DNA of 64,000 nucleotides from Nymphaea colorata (Eukaryota), in NCBI RefSeq assembly GCF_008831285.2, contig NC_045138.2, positions 5,890,001 through 5,954,000 on the forward strand, written 5' to 3'. Of this stretch, positions 47,369-59,959 are shown piece by piece; the first letter of the stretch is position 1; each line of letters opens with the position of its first letter. The position numbers and the translations under genes were made by a program. The notes below the pieces were generated by a model, which made no database searches, was not told the origin of the DNA, and worked only from the letters and a program-made list of their open reading frames with translations.

Positions 47369-50300
47369 AAGTATAGAATTTTTGAGATGCAAAGCATTAA
47401 TTGGATCGGGGATTTCAACCCCATCGGCATCAATCAGTCGATAAGAATTGTGAGGTAGAACCTCTTTGACAACATATGGTCCTTCCCAGTTCGGCGCCCA
47501 TTTTCCTTTGGGTCTACTCCTGAGTGGAACTATGGATCTTAAAACAAGATCATTTACCTGAAATTTTCTTTCAATGACTGATTTGGCATAATGTCGGGCG
47601 ACTCTCTTACGATAGACTTCGGCATGCTCTGCCGCTTGTAGTCTTTTCTCGTCTAAGAGGTCTAATTGAGCAAGTCTCTTTTTTTGATATTTGCTAATTG
47701 GGAGTTCAATGAGAGCAGCAAATTTCATTGCTGGTTTTTGGACATGTAATGGAAGGACAATTTCCGTTCCATATACTAATTCTGCTGGTGTAGCATTGGT
47801 GGGTGTCCGAATTGTGGTTCGATACGCCCAAAGTGCATTGTGCATTTTCTCGTGCCAATCTCGGCCTGTTTCAACTGTCCTTTCTAAGACACGAATCAAA
47901 ATCTTGTTGGTTGCTTCTGCCTGACCATTACCTTGAGGGTAATATGGGGCAGAAAAGTGATGTTGTATTGTGTGTTTGTGACAAGATTGCGCATTTCTCA
48001 TTTTTGAATGAGTACCGTTATCAGAAACGATATCATGCGGGATGCCAAATCTACACAAAAGATTTTTATGAATGAAGGACACTACGTGTTGTCCTTCGAC
48101 TGTTTTTAAAGTAATCGCTTCCACCCATTTGGTGAAGTAATCTGTAGCTGCAAGAAAATGCCTGTGTCCATTTGAGGCAGGTGGATTGATTGGACCGACT
48201 ACGTCGAAGGCCACATGGAGAATGGCCATGGTGAGCTGACCGAATGAAGGTACGCTGCTGGAGCATGAATTGATGGTGCATGCAACTGACATTTGATGCA
48301 TTTCTTGACAAATTGGTGACAGTCTCTTTGCATTGTGGGCCAATAGTACCCTGCTCTGACTATCTGCTTGACGAGGGTTTGATACCCTACATGTCCCCCA
48401 CAAATTCCTTCATGGGCTTCTTGAATGACTTCTAGTGCTCATTTGCATAGAGACATCTAGCATATTCTGTGCTGAATCCTCTTCTGTATAGGATGTCGGC
48501 TAGAATGAAATATCTTGAAGACTGTGTCTCAAAACTCTTTGCTCTTTTCGAGACATTTCTGGTGGAAGTGTTCCAGTTTGGAGAAAATCCTTGATGTTCT
48601 GATACCATGGTGTTTCTCTACTTTCTGCTTGCAACACTGTTCTGGTATGACAAAAGATGGTTGTTCGAGTCTTCCAACTTCAAAAGATCTGATAGATTCT
48701 CCAGGTTTGAAGGCAATGGTAGAGCCTAAACTGGCTAAATCGTCTGCTATTGGGTTAATTTCTTTTGACATGTAAGAGTTGACATTCTCGAACTGTCTTA
48801 AGAGGAAGCTGCTAACTCTTGATATGGGATCAATTTTTGATCTTTGACTTGCCAATCTCCATTGACCTGACTGACAGCTAAGAGAGAATCTCCAAAAATG
48901 CGAACTCTCTGCACTTTAATTTGAGCAACATTTTGAGTCCTTGGATTAGGGCCTCGTACTCTGCCATATTATGCGTGCAGGAAAAATTCAATTTGAGAGA
49001 GTAAGGAATCATTTCCCTTTCTGGTGTAATGAAAAGTATCCCAATGCCTGCCCCAGCTGTGCTCTTAGATCCATCAAGTACATCTCCCAAATCGGCTCTG
49101 GTTCAGTTGTCAGGATTTGCTCATATGGAAAATCATCATTTGTTCTAATTTCTTCATATAGAGGAAAATCTGCCAATTGGTCTGCAATGGCTTGCCCTTG
49201 ATTGATTTTGTGACACATATTCCAAATCATATTGCATCAGCAAAACCTGCCACTTTGCTATCCTTCCATTCAGAAATGGCTGTTCGAGGATATATTTGAG
49301 TGGATTAAGTTTGGATAAAATTTTAACTTCACAAGCCAATAGATAATGCCTTAATTTTTGACACATCCACACCAAGGCTAAGCAAGTTTTTTCCATGTGC
49401 GAGTAGTTCTTTTCATACTGCACAAATGTCTTACTGATGTAATAAATGGCATGTTCTATTCGGCATCCTTCTTCATATTGAGCCAGAAATCCACCACAGG
49501 CTGAATCGTTAACTGTGATGTAAAGGAGTAGAGGTTCCCCTAAAATTGGAGGTTTTAAAATTGGTGGGCAAAGAAGATACTTCTTGATCTTTTCGAATGA
49601 GGCTTGACATTCATGCCCCCATTCAAATTTGACTCCTTTCCGCAGTAAATGGTTGAAGGTTCGCATCTCATGCGAGATTAGATATAAACCTTCTGATTGA
49701 CTGAATTCTGCCTTACAAGCTGCGTAGCTCCTTAAGATTTGTTGGGGTGACATTTCGATGATCGCCTTTGCTTTGGAAGGATCCATCTCGATTCCCTTTT
49801 GCTGACCAAAATCCAAAAGCTTACCGGATTCCACACCAAATACACATTTTGTGGATTCAATCTAAGTTTGTATTGTAAGAGTCTATCAAAAACTTGAGAG
49901 AGAATGTTGATGTGATTCTCCTGTTTTGACTTAATTAGTAGATCATCTACATATGCATCCATGATTTGATGCATTTGGTCATGAAAAATAGCTGCCATAG
50001 CCCTTTGATATGTTGCCCCAGCGTTCTTCAAACCAAATGGCATTACTGTATAGCAGAAGTACCCCATGGGGTTGTAAATGATGTTTTGGCTTGATCTTGA
50101 GCTGCCAACTTAATTTGGTTATAACCAGAATATCCATCCATAAAGGAGAACATAGCGTGACCTGCGTACTGTCTACCAACAAGTCAATGTTTGGAAGTGG
50201 TAGTCATCCTTTGGTGTAGCCTTATTCAAATCTCTGAAATCAATGCAGAGCTGAATTTTGCCATTTTTCTTTGGGACTACCACAATGTTTGCTAACCATT

Positions 50301-50728
50301 CAGGATAGTCGATTGTTCGGATGAACCCTGCCTTAGTAGGTCTTCCAGCCTTCCTTAACTTGCCCCTCAAGACGAGGGTCTAGTTCCTCAACTTTTGTTT
50401 GATTGGCTTGCATTCTGGTTTCAATGGTAGTCGATGCTCGACTAATTTTGTATCAAGTCCTGGCATGTCCTCATAAGTCCACGCAAAGGCTTCTTGATGC
50501 TTTTGAGGAAGTCTATCAGCTCTTTCTTTCTTCTGCTGAGAGACTTGTTCCAAATTGCAAAATCTTTGGACTCTCTTCCGTGCCAATGTTAATTTCCTCA
50601 ATCGGATCATTAATCAGAGGTGACGGTTGATCTTGCTTTCTCATTTGGATGAACTCTGGACATTCGGCCTCAGTGAGTTCTGGATTTATCTCCTTAAAAG
50701 CTTTTGATGTTTGATCCTCAAATGCCAT
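47369..50728 (-). CDS. pol: Pol, copy 2 (many 1-bp deletions)
   Basis: Same motifs as copy 1, in more fragmented frames. Confidence 0.8.
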
Positions 50729-50886
50729 CCTAAAGATTGTAAAGAAGTTAGATGAAATTTGAGACATTGTATATGGAAGTAATTTGCATTTGTCATTGTA
50801 TTTTTGAAGGTATTACAAAATGAAGACACTTGGTCTATTTGAGTACAATGACGACAAAATGACAAAATGATGACGGATTTGTTGAT

Positions 50887-53454
50887 TCAAATTGATGGTG
50901 AACATCCGCCTATGGTATTGCTCTTGACGAAAGGTACTGGCTTGAATTCTTCCTCAACATCCACTTTTCATAGCTTTGGCACCCCAAGGCTTGAGTGCCT
51001 CGTTGTCCTGTCAAGGTAACTGGTTCCAAGATTCCATTTTCATGTTTGCCAAGGCTAGTAAATGGCTGGTAGCCATGGCGTATGAGTAAATCCAATCCTT
51101 TCTCATTCTGGCAGAATTTCTTGAACAACGGATGACTTTTGTAACTTGTTTCAAGTTTGGTACCCCTTTTCACCCATACCTGTTTCTTTGGTTTCTGAAT
51201 GGCCAACCTGCTAAGACTTTGAGATATTTCTTCCTCTTTGCAGACTCGAATACTGGGTACCTCAATTGTATATGTTGGTACCGGAATCATTGGGTGTACA
51301 AGCCGACTTTCCCTATCCTCTGCATAGATGGTTATAGAATTCCCGTTGTGAGTCCATTTGACACACTGATGTAGAGTGGAGGGAACTGCATTGGTAGCAT
51401 GGATCCATGGCCTGCCAAGCAACAAGTTGAAGGAGGGTTCTATATCCACCACATGAAATAAAACCCGATGATACGTCTCAGAAATATTCAAATCCAGACA
51501 TATGCATCCTAGGCATGGTTGTCCTGTCCCGTCATATCCATGGATGAAAATTTTGGATGGAGTATAGTCAGCCTGTCTTATGCCCAACTCACGAGCTGTT
51601 TGTTGTGGACAGATGTTCAGGCTTGCTCCACCATCAATTAAAACGTGGGAGACTCTGGTGCCCCTTGTCTCTATCACTATGTGCAAGGCGTCATTGTGCG
51701 ATGCACCTCCAGTTGGTAGATCTTTATCAGAGAATATGATCGGACTATTTTCACATAATTCAAAAGCTCATTCATTCCCCCTGTTAGGGCTAAACCCTCC
51801 CTTCTTGACTTCAGGTAAGGGTCCAATTCATTGAAAATGGATTCCAATGGTTCAGGGTCGCACACTTGTGACTTCTGATCAATCTCTGTCAGATGGTCTT
51901 GTTTAACCAGTCCGGTTTGTGCATTGATGGATCCTTTATCATGTTTGAAAAGCAATCCAAAGAAATCCAGGGACGCTGTATCCCTTTTGTTTGTCACCAT
52001 AATTGACGACCTGTTGAAAATCTGACCATCGAAACTATTCCTTTGCCATGTTTAGGAAAATGATTCTTGAGAATGTCCGGCTGTTCACTGACCTCTTTGA
52101 TTATTTCTTTGTCAACTGCATCTTGCACAATATTTTTAAGTACAAGGCAGTCTTCTGTATCATGTCCTGGAGCGCGATGAAATTTGCAGAATTGCTCTTT
52201 GTTTTTCCCCATCATTGGTGGGGGGTTGGAGACTTTTGGGAGAAACAGAGTACCTCTTTCGATTAGCATATGCATGACCTCTTCATAACTTTGTTGTAAT
52301 GGGGTAAATTTTCTATCGTACCCCCATCCAGGATGTTTGTTTTTTGTGCCACTACTACTGCCACTAGCTCTGTCCATTACCCCTTTATTCTTGGGATATT
52401 CGGACTTTTCTTTCTTGAAGGCTGCAGCGTTGGCCACGATGTTGGCTGGAGCATTCTGACTTCTGCTATTCTTTTTTGTATCTTCCCTTACTTTTACCGG
52501 GATGACAGCATCAAAAGCTCCATTCTCAATTCCTGCTTCAATGCATTCTGCCCTCTCAGTGAGATCGATGAAAGACTTGATTGGAGCATTGGAAATGAGG
52601 CTCCTTAATGGTTGTGTCAAATTGTTTACGATCAATCCCAGTGCATGGGATTGAGAGATTGGGTCTCTCATCTTGTTGCAAGAAGACCTCCACCTCTGAA
52701 TAAAATCTCTCACCTTTTCACCTGGCCTCTGTTTTAGGTAGCATAATGTGGTGATCGTTGGTGCAGTTTCAACGTTTTGAATGAACCTTTCGATGAAAAG
52801 GTTGATTAACATGTCAAAATTTTTCAATTCCACTGGGTTGATGTGTTCCCGATACCATTGTGCTGCAATTCCTTCTAGGCTTCTAGGGAAACATCGAAAG
52901 AGGGCCCTATGATTGTGGCGGAATTTGTAGCATTCAGCAAAGAACATGGCCAAATGTGCCTTTGGGTCTCTATGGCCATCAAATTTGATAAATTTCTTGG
53001 GCAAGTTTTTTATGTGTTTGTCATTTTCGAAGCTTTCGTAGAAATCTTCGCAAGTGAAATTCCTCTTGTTCTTGCCTTTAAGTTGTACTGCATTTAACTT
53101 CTTTTCAACTTCCTGGATTTTTGTTTTCCAGGATTCTCTCTTCTTCTTTTTCTTGGGAGTTTTCGGTTCTTCCTCACTACTAGATTCTGTTGTAGCGTCT
53201 TCAGAAGAGTCTGAACTGCTTGATGAGTACTTTCTTGTTTTCTTCCCTTTCTTTTTGGCTTTTTCTGCCTGCGCTTGTTCTTCATTGAACATGATCATGT
53301 ATTTCCGGAATCTTCTGTATTCCTCAAATTCTGGGTCATTTATTTCCAGCTTGGGAGGTGTTTCTGAGGAGGAATCTTCTCCCCTGTCTCCTATAAAAGG
53401 TTGATCAAGCTCCATTTCACTCCTTCTCCTGCTTTGGCTTCTGGTTTCAACCAT
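50887..53454 (-). CDS. gag: Gag-protease, copy 2 (gag portion uninterrupted)
   Basis: ORFs 51994..53571 (ATG at 53454, MVETRSQSRRR) and 50910..51686. Confidence 0.88.
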
Positions 53455-53665
53455 AAAGCGGATGTTCACCTTGCAAGAAGAAAAATTGAAAATGTTAGGA
53501 TGTGAATTGATGAGAGATGACAAATTTTGATTACATATTAAAAGAAAGATGAGAATGACAAAACTTGACAAAGTTTAACATAACTTGACAAAACTTGACA
53601 AATTTTGGCTTAATGACAATGAACTAGACATGACAATCTAGGACAGAAGGATGGATGGGCGGACT

Positions 53666-54849
53666 TCATCCCACCATTTTACATATTCGGGACCCATTCC
53701 TGGACCAAGGACAAGATACAAGTGAGCAAATGATTCTCAACGTTGCTGGGCATATGTGTATATCCCGGACCACTCTTCAGTGTCTAGTTCACACTCCACA
53801 ATGGCTCCTTCCGACTCAATTGGATATGCCTTCCTCTGACGCAGTGAGAATTGCCTGAGGCAACGCTCCGGATGATATTCAATTATGAAAAACGGTCCCA
53901 ATAGAAGACTTCCTCTGACTGAGTTGTAAGTGTATCTTGACTTGATGACCTCTCGATCAAAGAAGTCCCAAATGATGGTGGAGTCATCAACTTCCTCCAT
54001 CTTTCTGCGGTAGTGCTCCATACTGGATAACTGACCGTCTGTGTTTTGAAAATGACATGATTGTGGCCCCACATGTTTGTAGAACCATGCTTGCAGTGCA
54101 AAGACACATCCTTCTATCGAGTCTGCATCTCCAATTGAAAATTTGGCCAACCCTCTGTAAAGGAATGCCAAGGCTGCCATTGCTATGGAAATGTGACGGA
54201 CTTTGACATGCCCCCATTTTCTGAAGAGGCGAGCTATGCGGAAATCCATTATGTGTTCTTCATTATTGAAGAAGATAAGACCCACGGTACAAGTCACCAT
54301 GGAGTTTTTGTACTTGTCTGCAACAGTTCTAGATAGTGACGCAGGGTTGACAAATTGGGAGTATGTTTCACCAAGCTCTTGTAGTTGAAGATATTGATGT
54401 CCATCTTTCTCTAGAAAATGCCAACTCCTTTTCCCTGTGAGTTTACGAATCACTTCTAGAGTTTTGACTTGACCTTGGTTTACAAGGAACTGGTCTTCAA
54501 TTGGACCTCTTGGGTCACCTTTTGGTTCTGACAAACCCATAATGTTGGAGAACTCATCAAGAGTGATTGTCATTTCACCCCATGGAAACAAGAATGTGTT
54601 GGTCCTTGGGTTCCATCTTTCAGCAATTGCATGGATTAGATTGCCATTGATAGGCTGTATGGCAAGACTGACTGCTTCTTCAAGACCACAATCCTCTAAG
54701 TGATCCGGGAACATACACCGAAAAGTTGGGTACCATGAAAGATACCACTGAGGTAGGTAGACTCCACTTGGGATGATGCGAAGTCCGGATCGGCCTTGAC
54801 ATGACCCGAATAGGATGTGGTCATATGGGAAGATACTTTCTGAGTCCAT
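53666..54849 (-). CDS. Extra ORF1 (PMD protein), copy 2
   Basis: ORF 53737..54849 starting MDSESIFPY; a 1-bp deletion near the 3' end relative to copy 1 truncates it. Confidence 0.88.
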
Positions 54850-55630
54850 CTAGACAAGAGAAGGTATTAGACTTTGACATGAATTGACCCAATAGAGACT
54901 CGAGAAGAGTTTTGACATTGGGTTTGGACATGGACTTAGGGGCAAAGTAAAACATCACTTGCGTCCAAACAAGCAGTTAATGAAAAATTGATAATGCAAT
55001 TCCTAGGACTCTTGCCTATATGCATTATTTTGAAAATTGGTCTTGGAACCTATGGAAAATAAATGGGTAAATGGTTCTTTATTTATCCAAAATTTATGGT
55101 ATACCTATATACCAAATTTATGGTACTAGCATTGACTCCTCCAAGGGTTTTCTAGATTTGGGCTCTCCATTTCTCCTTGTTCACCCATCGATATACCGGG
55201 ACTATTGTCCGTTTCGGTACTAATGGGGGGACTTCTCAGTCCAATTGGGTGGTCCAGTTGTAAGGCTATATCTTGGACTAATGTCCTAGAAATAGCCCGG
55301 AAACATGATGACCGGGATATGATATAGGTAAGGATTTGTTTTTCAAAATTCATGAGAAGATGCAAAATAGATGGCTCTATTGCATACATTCCTAAGAGAT
55401 GGATTTAAAATTTTGAGAGCATACATGGGCTGCATACAATCCTTAAATTGAGGAGGGGTAGGATAAATTGAAATGAATGAGGTTCATGAAATCTCCTCAA
55501 TGTACACTACATGATGTCGGTATGCATTTTTGCGAATTTAATTTTTTTTTTTTTTTGTGCAATTGATGTCCGACATTGGTGAAAATAACTCATATATGAT
55601 CCAAATAGGTCTTTAGACAAACAATGACGG

Positions 55631-55648
55631 GTCCCACCGGGTGTGCCA
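55631..55648 (-). promoter_or_regulatory. Primer-binding site, probably tRNA-Arg
   Basis: TGGCACACCCGGTGGGAC, 2 nt inside the 5' LTR boundary. The plus strand reads GTCCCACCGGGTGTG-CCA, like a tRNA 3' end. The Arg assignment is from recall of plant tRNA-Arg(UCU) and Ogre PBS usage. Confidence 0.85.
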
Positions 55649-55650
55649 TC

Positions 55651-58600
55651 TGTTCGCACCCCACTCCTTTTTCAAGAAGGTCAAAATGCGAGTCAGCAAA
55701 ATTCTTTTAAAATTGGGGTTTTGAGAAAATTTTCAAGAGAAAGGGATCCGCTCGTCGGTACGAGGTCCAACCGTTCCTGCCGCCTTTAACAGGGGTAATT
55801 AGACCAAGGACTAAGGATCATTTGGATCATATACGAGTTATTGATGTAAGTCCTATATGCTTTTGCATTGAGGTTTTGGATTCAAGAACCGAAATTCATT
55901 TTTTTGAATAAATGGATTTGAATATTGGGGGTTTTCAAGTTGGTTTAAAAACCTTTGTTTTGGTGTTATTTGAAACACATAATTCTTGAGGATTTTTGAA
56001 GATTTGGAATTGAGTTCTTTGTTGTGAACTCTAGATGATGATGATCATCTTATGATAAAAATTGATTTTGAACTCTTTTTTGTCAAATCATGTGATTTGT
56101 AGAATTCATTCTTTTGAAAGAACATAGGTTCCAAATTGTTAGAAAACATGTTGTTTTTCAAATGCACTTTGGCCAAAAGATTATGAATGCATTGCTTGTG
56201 TTTTCTTTTGAAGTTAAGTGAAGTTTACAAATTCTCATTGCAATATGACTTGGTCACTTTTTGCAACTTAAATTTGAATCACTTAATTTCTTGAGAATGT
56301 GCATGTGGTGCCATTGATTTTGAGTGAAAGTGAATGCATGAAACGAGAATGGAAACTATATGGAACATTCATTCTTCTCTCTCTCATAATCCATCAAGAT
56401 TCATTCATATGAAACATACATTCTTCACTCCCTCATAATCTCTCAAAGTCCGTATTGCACGTCATACAATCTATACATGAAGATTGATTAAAATGTAGGA
56501 CTTTCTCTATATGTGCTCATTATATGATTAAGCACATGAATTAGAGATGTAGTCCATAAGCTTGAGGCTTGACATAAAATTATCAAAATGATGAAAATAT
56601 ATAAATGATGTCAAGTTCAATCTTTGAAATGGATGGGAGACATGGATGACGTCCACTTTTGTCTCAAAATAGCTAAAAATCAGACCTTGTGTTGATTTAA
56701 ATAGCTGAAAATTGTGGACATTGATTCCAATAAGGACTTGTTTCTTAGATAGAAACAATGAGTTTTTCAAATCTATTCAAATTTCAAATTTCGTAGTAAT
56801 GAAATCATCAACTCCTTTGGATGATTCTAGGATGGTTGGTATTTCAAATATGTAAATTTTGATATTCTTAAACCAATTCCTATGAAACATGGTCTGATTT
56901 CAACAACATACATACATCTTACGTATGGGCTTGCTGAAATTAAGTAAAAATGAAATGAAAATAATTTATAATCTTGCACTAGAAAAATCAATAAAAATGG
57001 CCCATTTCCTTAAAGACCGGTTTGGAAACATGTTCCAACCTGATTTTAAGGGAGGAATGTAATTTTTGACAAGAAATCAGATACATATATGTACATATAT
57101 AACAATGTATACATATACGTACCTTACTTTTCAAAATGAAATTTTATCAAGGGACCGCATGACTCATGAATCATGATGATTCATGGCTGGGTTCTTTTAT
57201 GTAGGAAGATTGAGAACTTGTTTCAAATCTTCCCTACTACCCTTGATTAATTAAATTGAAAGACATGAATCAAAATGACTGTGAATAAGAAAGAAAATAA
57301 AACAATACTCAAGCTTATTCGTCCATCATTTCGCCATGCAAGGATGAATCACATTCATAAAAACGTATCCATCCCTTATAGGCATTTTCATCATACGTGA
57401 TGTAGCAAAATCACTCTCTCACCGTGGGATTCTCTCATGGTAGGGAGTTCAAAATGGTATTAAGTTGGTTCCTTTGAAAGGGACGTGGCCTTGGGGCCCA
57501 TTTCAAAATTTGATACTTGGGTTCATATTTAAGAAAAACTGACATATGCATGCATTATGCATTAACATGTACATTGAAGCGTAGGTTTCCCTTAGCTGGA
57601 CATCATTCCCAGCCGTAAGCAAATGAAAATAAACCCTCCCACGAATTTCTGGAATTAAAATAAATCAACAATAAGCTAAAGTAGAAGAGAAGTGAGTTAA
57701 GATCACCTACCTTGTGGTCGGTCTTGATGTTTGTCCTTCGTCTTCACTTGTTTTCTAACCCAAGCAATCCTAAGCAAGAATCCAACCGTGGATTCAAGCT
57801 TAGCAAAGCTAGAATAAGAAATAGCTTGCTTGCTGGAATTTGGAGTGGTAAAGAGGGCTTCTCACCACGAAAATCCTAAGTAATGGTTCACTTAAGCACC
57901 CTAACTTAGCAAAATCAATGGGGAGAATAGAAAAAAGTGAAGAAGAGAATGGGAGAAAAAGGGGAAGGGGGCTTGGACGAACCTCTTCTCTCTTCCTTGG
58001 CTTCTCCCTCCTAGCTCCTTGGCTACAGCAATTTGATAGAATGCTCCAAAATTTCGTCCTCCCCCTTGGTGGCCAAGGGGAGGTTTATATAGAGGAGGAG
58101 GTGGGTTCAACCACCTTCTTAACTCACCTTGGGAACTTGCTTAAGACCTTGGGGACTTGTAAAATGAGTTAAATAGACTTTAAAGGCTTTAATCGACCAT
58201 TTCTCAGCCCATTTCCACGAGCTAGGTGGGCTGGGCTAGGTTTGGTCAACTTGGGTTCTAATTGACCATTTCCACGAGCTAGGTTTGGTCAACTTGGGTT
58301 CAGACCTAGGTGACCATTTTGACTAAAATTTTGAACGAAAATGCCCTTGCATAGGGTTTTGCCCTTATTTTGTACTATTTATTTATTTTTTGTTTGAAAT
58401 CGAGCTTATAAGGTTAAAACCTAGTTACTAAGCTCCAAATGCCATTGAATTATGATAATTAAATTTAAATTTTAATAAAATTTAAAAATTTTATCAAATT
58501 TGGTTCGAAAAGGGTATTTTCATCCAAAACTTGATTGAAAATGGATTTCAACTGAATCAAACTTTCACTTGAGAAATTCAATTTAAATTTGGTATTTGAT

Positions 58601-59513
58601 TCATGCATTTGACAAATTCAAATGTTTATTTGCCTTTCATAAACCATTTTAGGCTTTTTAATCTTAAGTTGACCGCAGAAGGGCAAAATTGTCCAAATTG
58701 ATCAATTTCGACCAATTGACCAAAGTCAAAGCTCATTTGCAAGTAGTTTGACTTTATTTGAGGTAATTTGATAAATTTGGGTCAAGAAAGCTCTTAATTG
58801 AGCTAAATTGTACTTTGACTGAGTTTAGTCAAAGTGGGTTTGGTTCGGTCAAAGTCTATTTTCGTCCATTAATTGGATCATGAGACAGACTTACGTTTTG
58901 ACTGTGTTGAGCCCATGGTGACCGAACCTAGCTGGAATTGGCACCACATTTGAGTGCACCCGGGTCAAACCTACTTGGATTAAGTTGGTTAGGTGAGTTT
59001 GACCAGTCTAGTAATTGCTTCCTTGAAAATGATTTTTTTCTTTCTAGGAGGACCTGGTTAAAGAAGAGAGAGAGACATAAATGTCTCTCTTTTCCTAGGT
59101 TTCTCCTTTATTTCTTCTTGAAAATGACTCTTCTTCAATTAATTTGAGAGAAAATATTTATTTATTATTTTTTTGACATGGAGGGGCATGGCCCATGGGG
59201 GGCTCTTGACCACACGAGCTAGGTGGGGCCCACACGTGGGTCCCACGTAGCATTTTAGACTGAATTAGATCCAATTCTTGGATCTAAGTCAAAATTTGCA
59301 TTTTGCAATTGGATTTGGATTTCAAATGACATTTGCAATTGAATTTGGACTCGTAATCCTGCATTGGGATTCGTGTATCGGGTTAAATTCACGATTTGAA
59401 TCTAATTGTTCTTTAGATTCGAAATTGGCTTTGAAATTGCAAATTTTCACAATTCTTTTGTGAAATTTTCACATTGCTTCAATTTTGATGTGGAAAAATT
59501 TGGGGTGTTAACA
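55651..59513 (-). repeat. 5' LTR (3863 bp)
   Basis: Direct repeat of 34762-38627 with roughly 20-25 substitutions and a few small indels, counted by eye. Confidence 0.97.
58084..58092 (-). promoter_or_regulatory. Candidate TATA box of the LTR promoter (equivalent site at ~37196-37204)
   Basis: CCTCTATATAAACC on the element strand, followed by a pyrimidine-rich leader and a consensus splice donor about 370 nt downstream. Confidence 0.6.
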
Positions 59514-59959
59514 CTTAGCCTCTTTGGCTGTGAGTCCACAAGGACGGTACCTAGGCGCAGTTCAAAGTCATGGCTGAGAGAGCTGCGGGGCTATGGATAG
59601 CTTGGCACAGCAAAGGGTCTGTCTGATGGAGAGAAGGCAGAAGGGGGTGGGAGGAGGTGGGCCGTGGGTGCATGGCAGGCGGTACCAACCATGCAGTGGC
59701 CAGAGCGGAGCCGTGGCTGCTGTGTACAGCGATTGCTACACACAGGCTTTAGCCAGTTCAATGCTGGCGGGGCAGCCAGACAGGACTGGCAGTAGTCGGA
59801 CTTTGGCTGGGTGCTGGAGTGGATGACAAGCGTGGCTGAGGCCGCCGGATGGGCAGCAGTATTTGGTGTTAGCTGGGCATTCACTGGCAGTCGAGACCAA
59901 GGCTATTCTGTTCTGACCAGCCGGCTGCCTGGCTGTGCCTACAAAAAGAAAAAAAAAAT

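Larger units (their letters stand above)
47369..54920 (-). repeat. Near-identical second copy of 39690-47268 (pol, gag-pro, ORF1)
   Basis: Begins AAGTATAGAA as at 39690 and ends TTTGACATTG as at 47268. Lengths are 7552 vs 7579 bp; differences are mostly 1-bp indels. Confidence 0.97.
34762..59513 (-). mobile_element. Full-length Ty3/gypsy LTR retrotransposon, Tat/Ogre type (about 17.1 kb if the internal duplication at the gap is collapsed)
   Basis: Two ~3.86-kb LTRs with TG..CA termini; identical 5-bp TSD CTTAG at 34757-34761 and 59514-59518; PBS and PPT present. Order: extra ORF, gag, protease, spacer with stops, RT, RH, second RNase H, integrase. Confidence 0.97.

Noticed and set aside
39688..54849. 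Frameshifts as programmed ribosomal frameshifts or real decay; a true double gag-pol element
   Set aside because: Indels mostly fall at different positions in the two copies and are densest near the gap, as expected for consensus errors in overlapping contig ends.
55631..55648. tRNA gene
   Set aside because: Only 18 nt including CCA, adjacent to the LTR: a primer-binding site, with no cloverleaf.
59519..59940. GC-rich ORFs 59591..59884 and 59593..59826
   Set aside because: No recognisable domain; this is the continuation of the unassigned target sequence interrupted at 34761.
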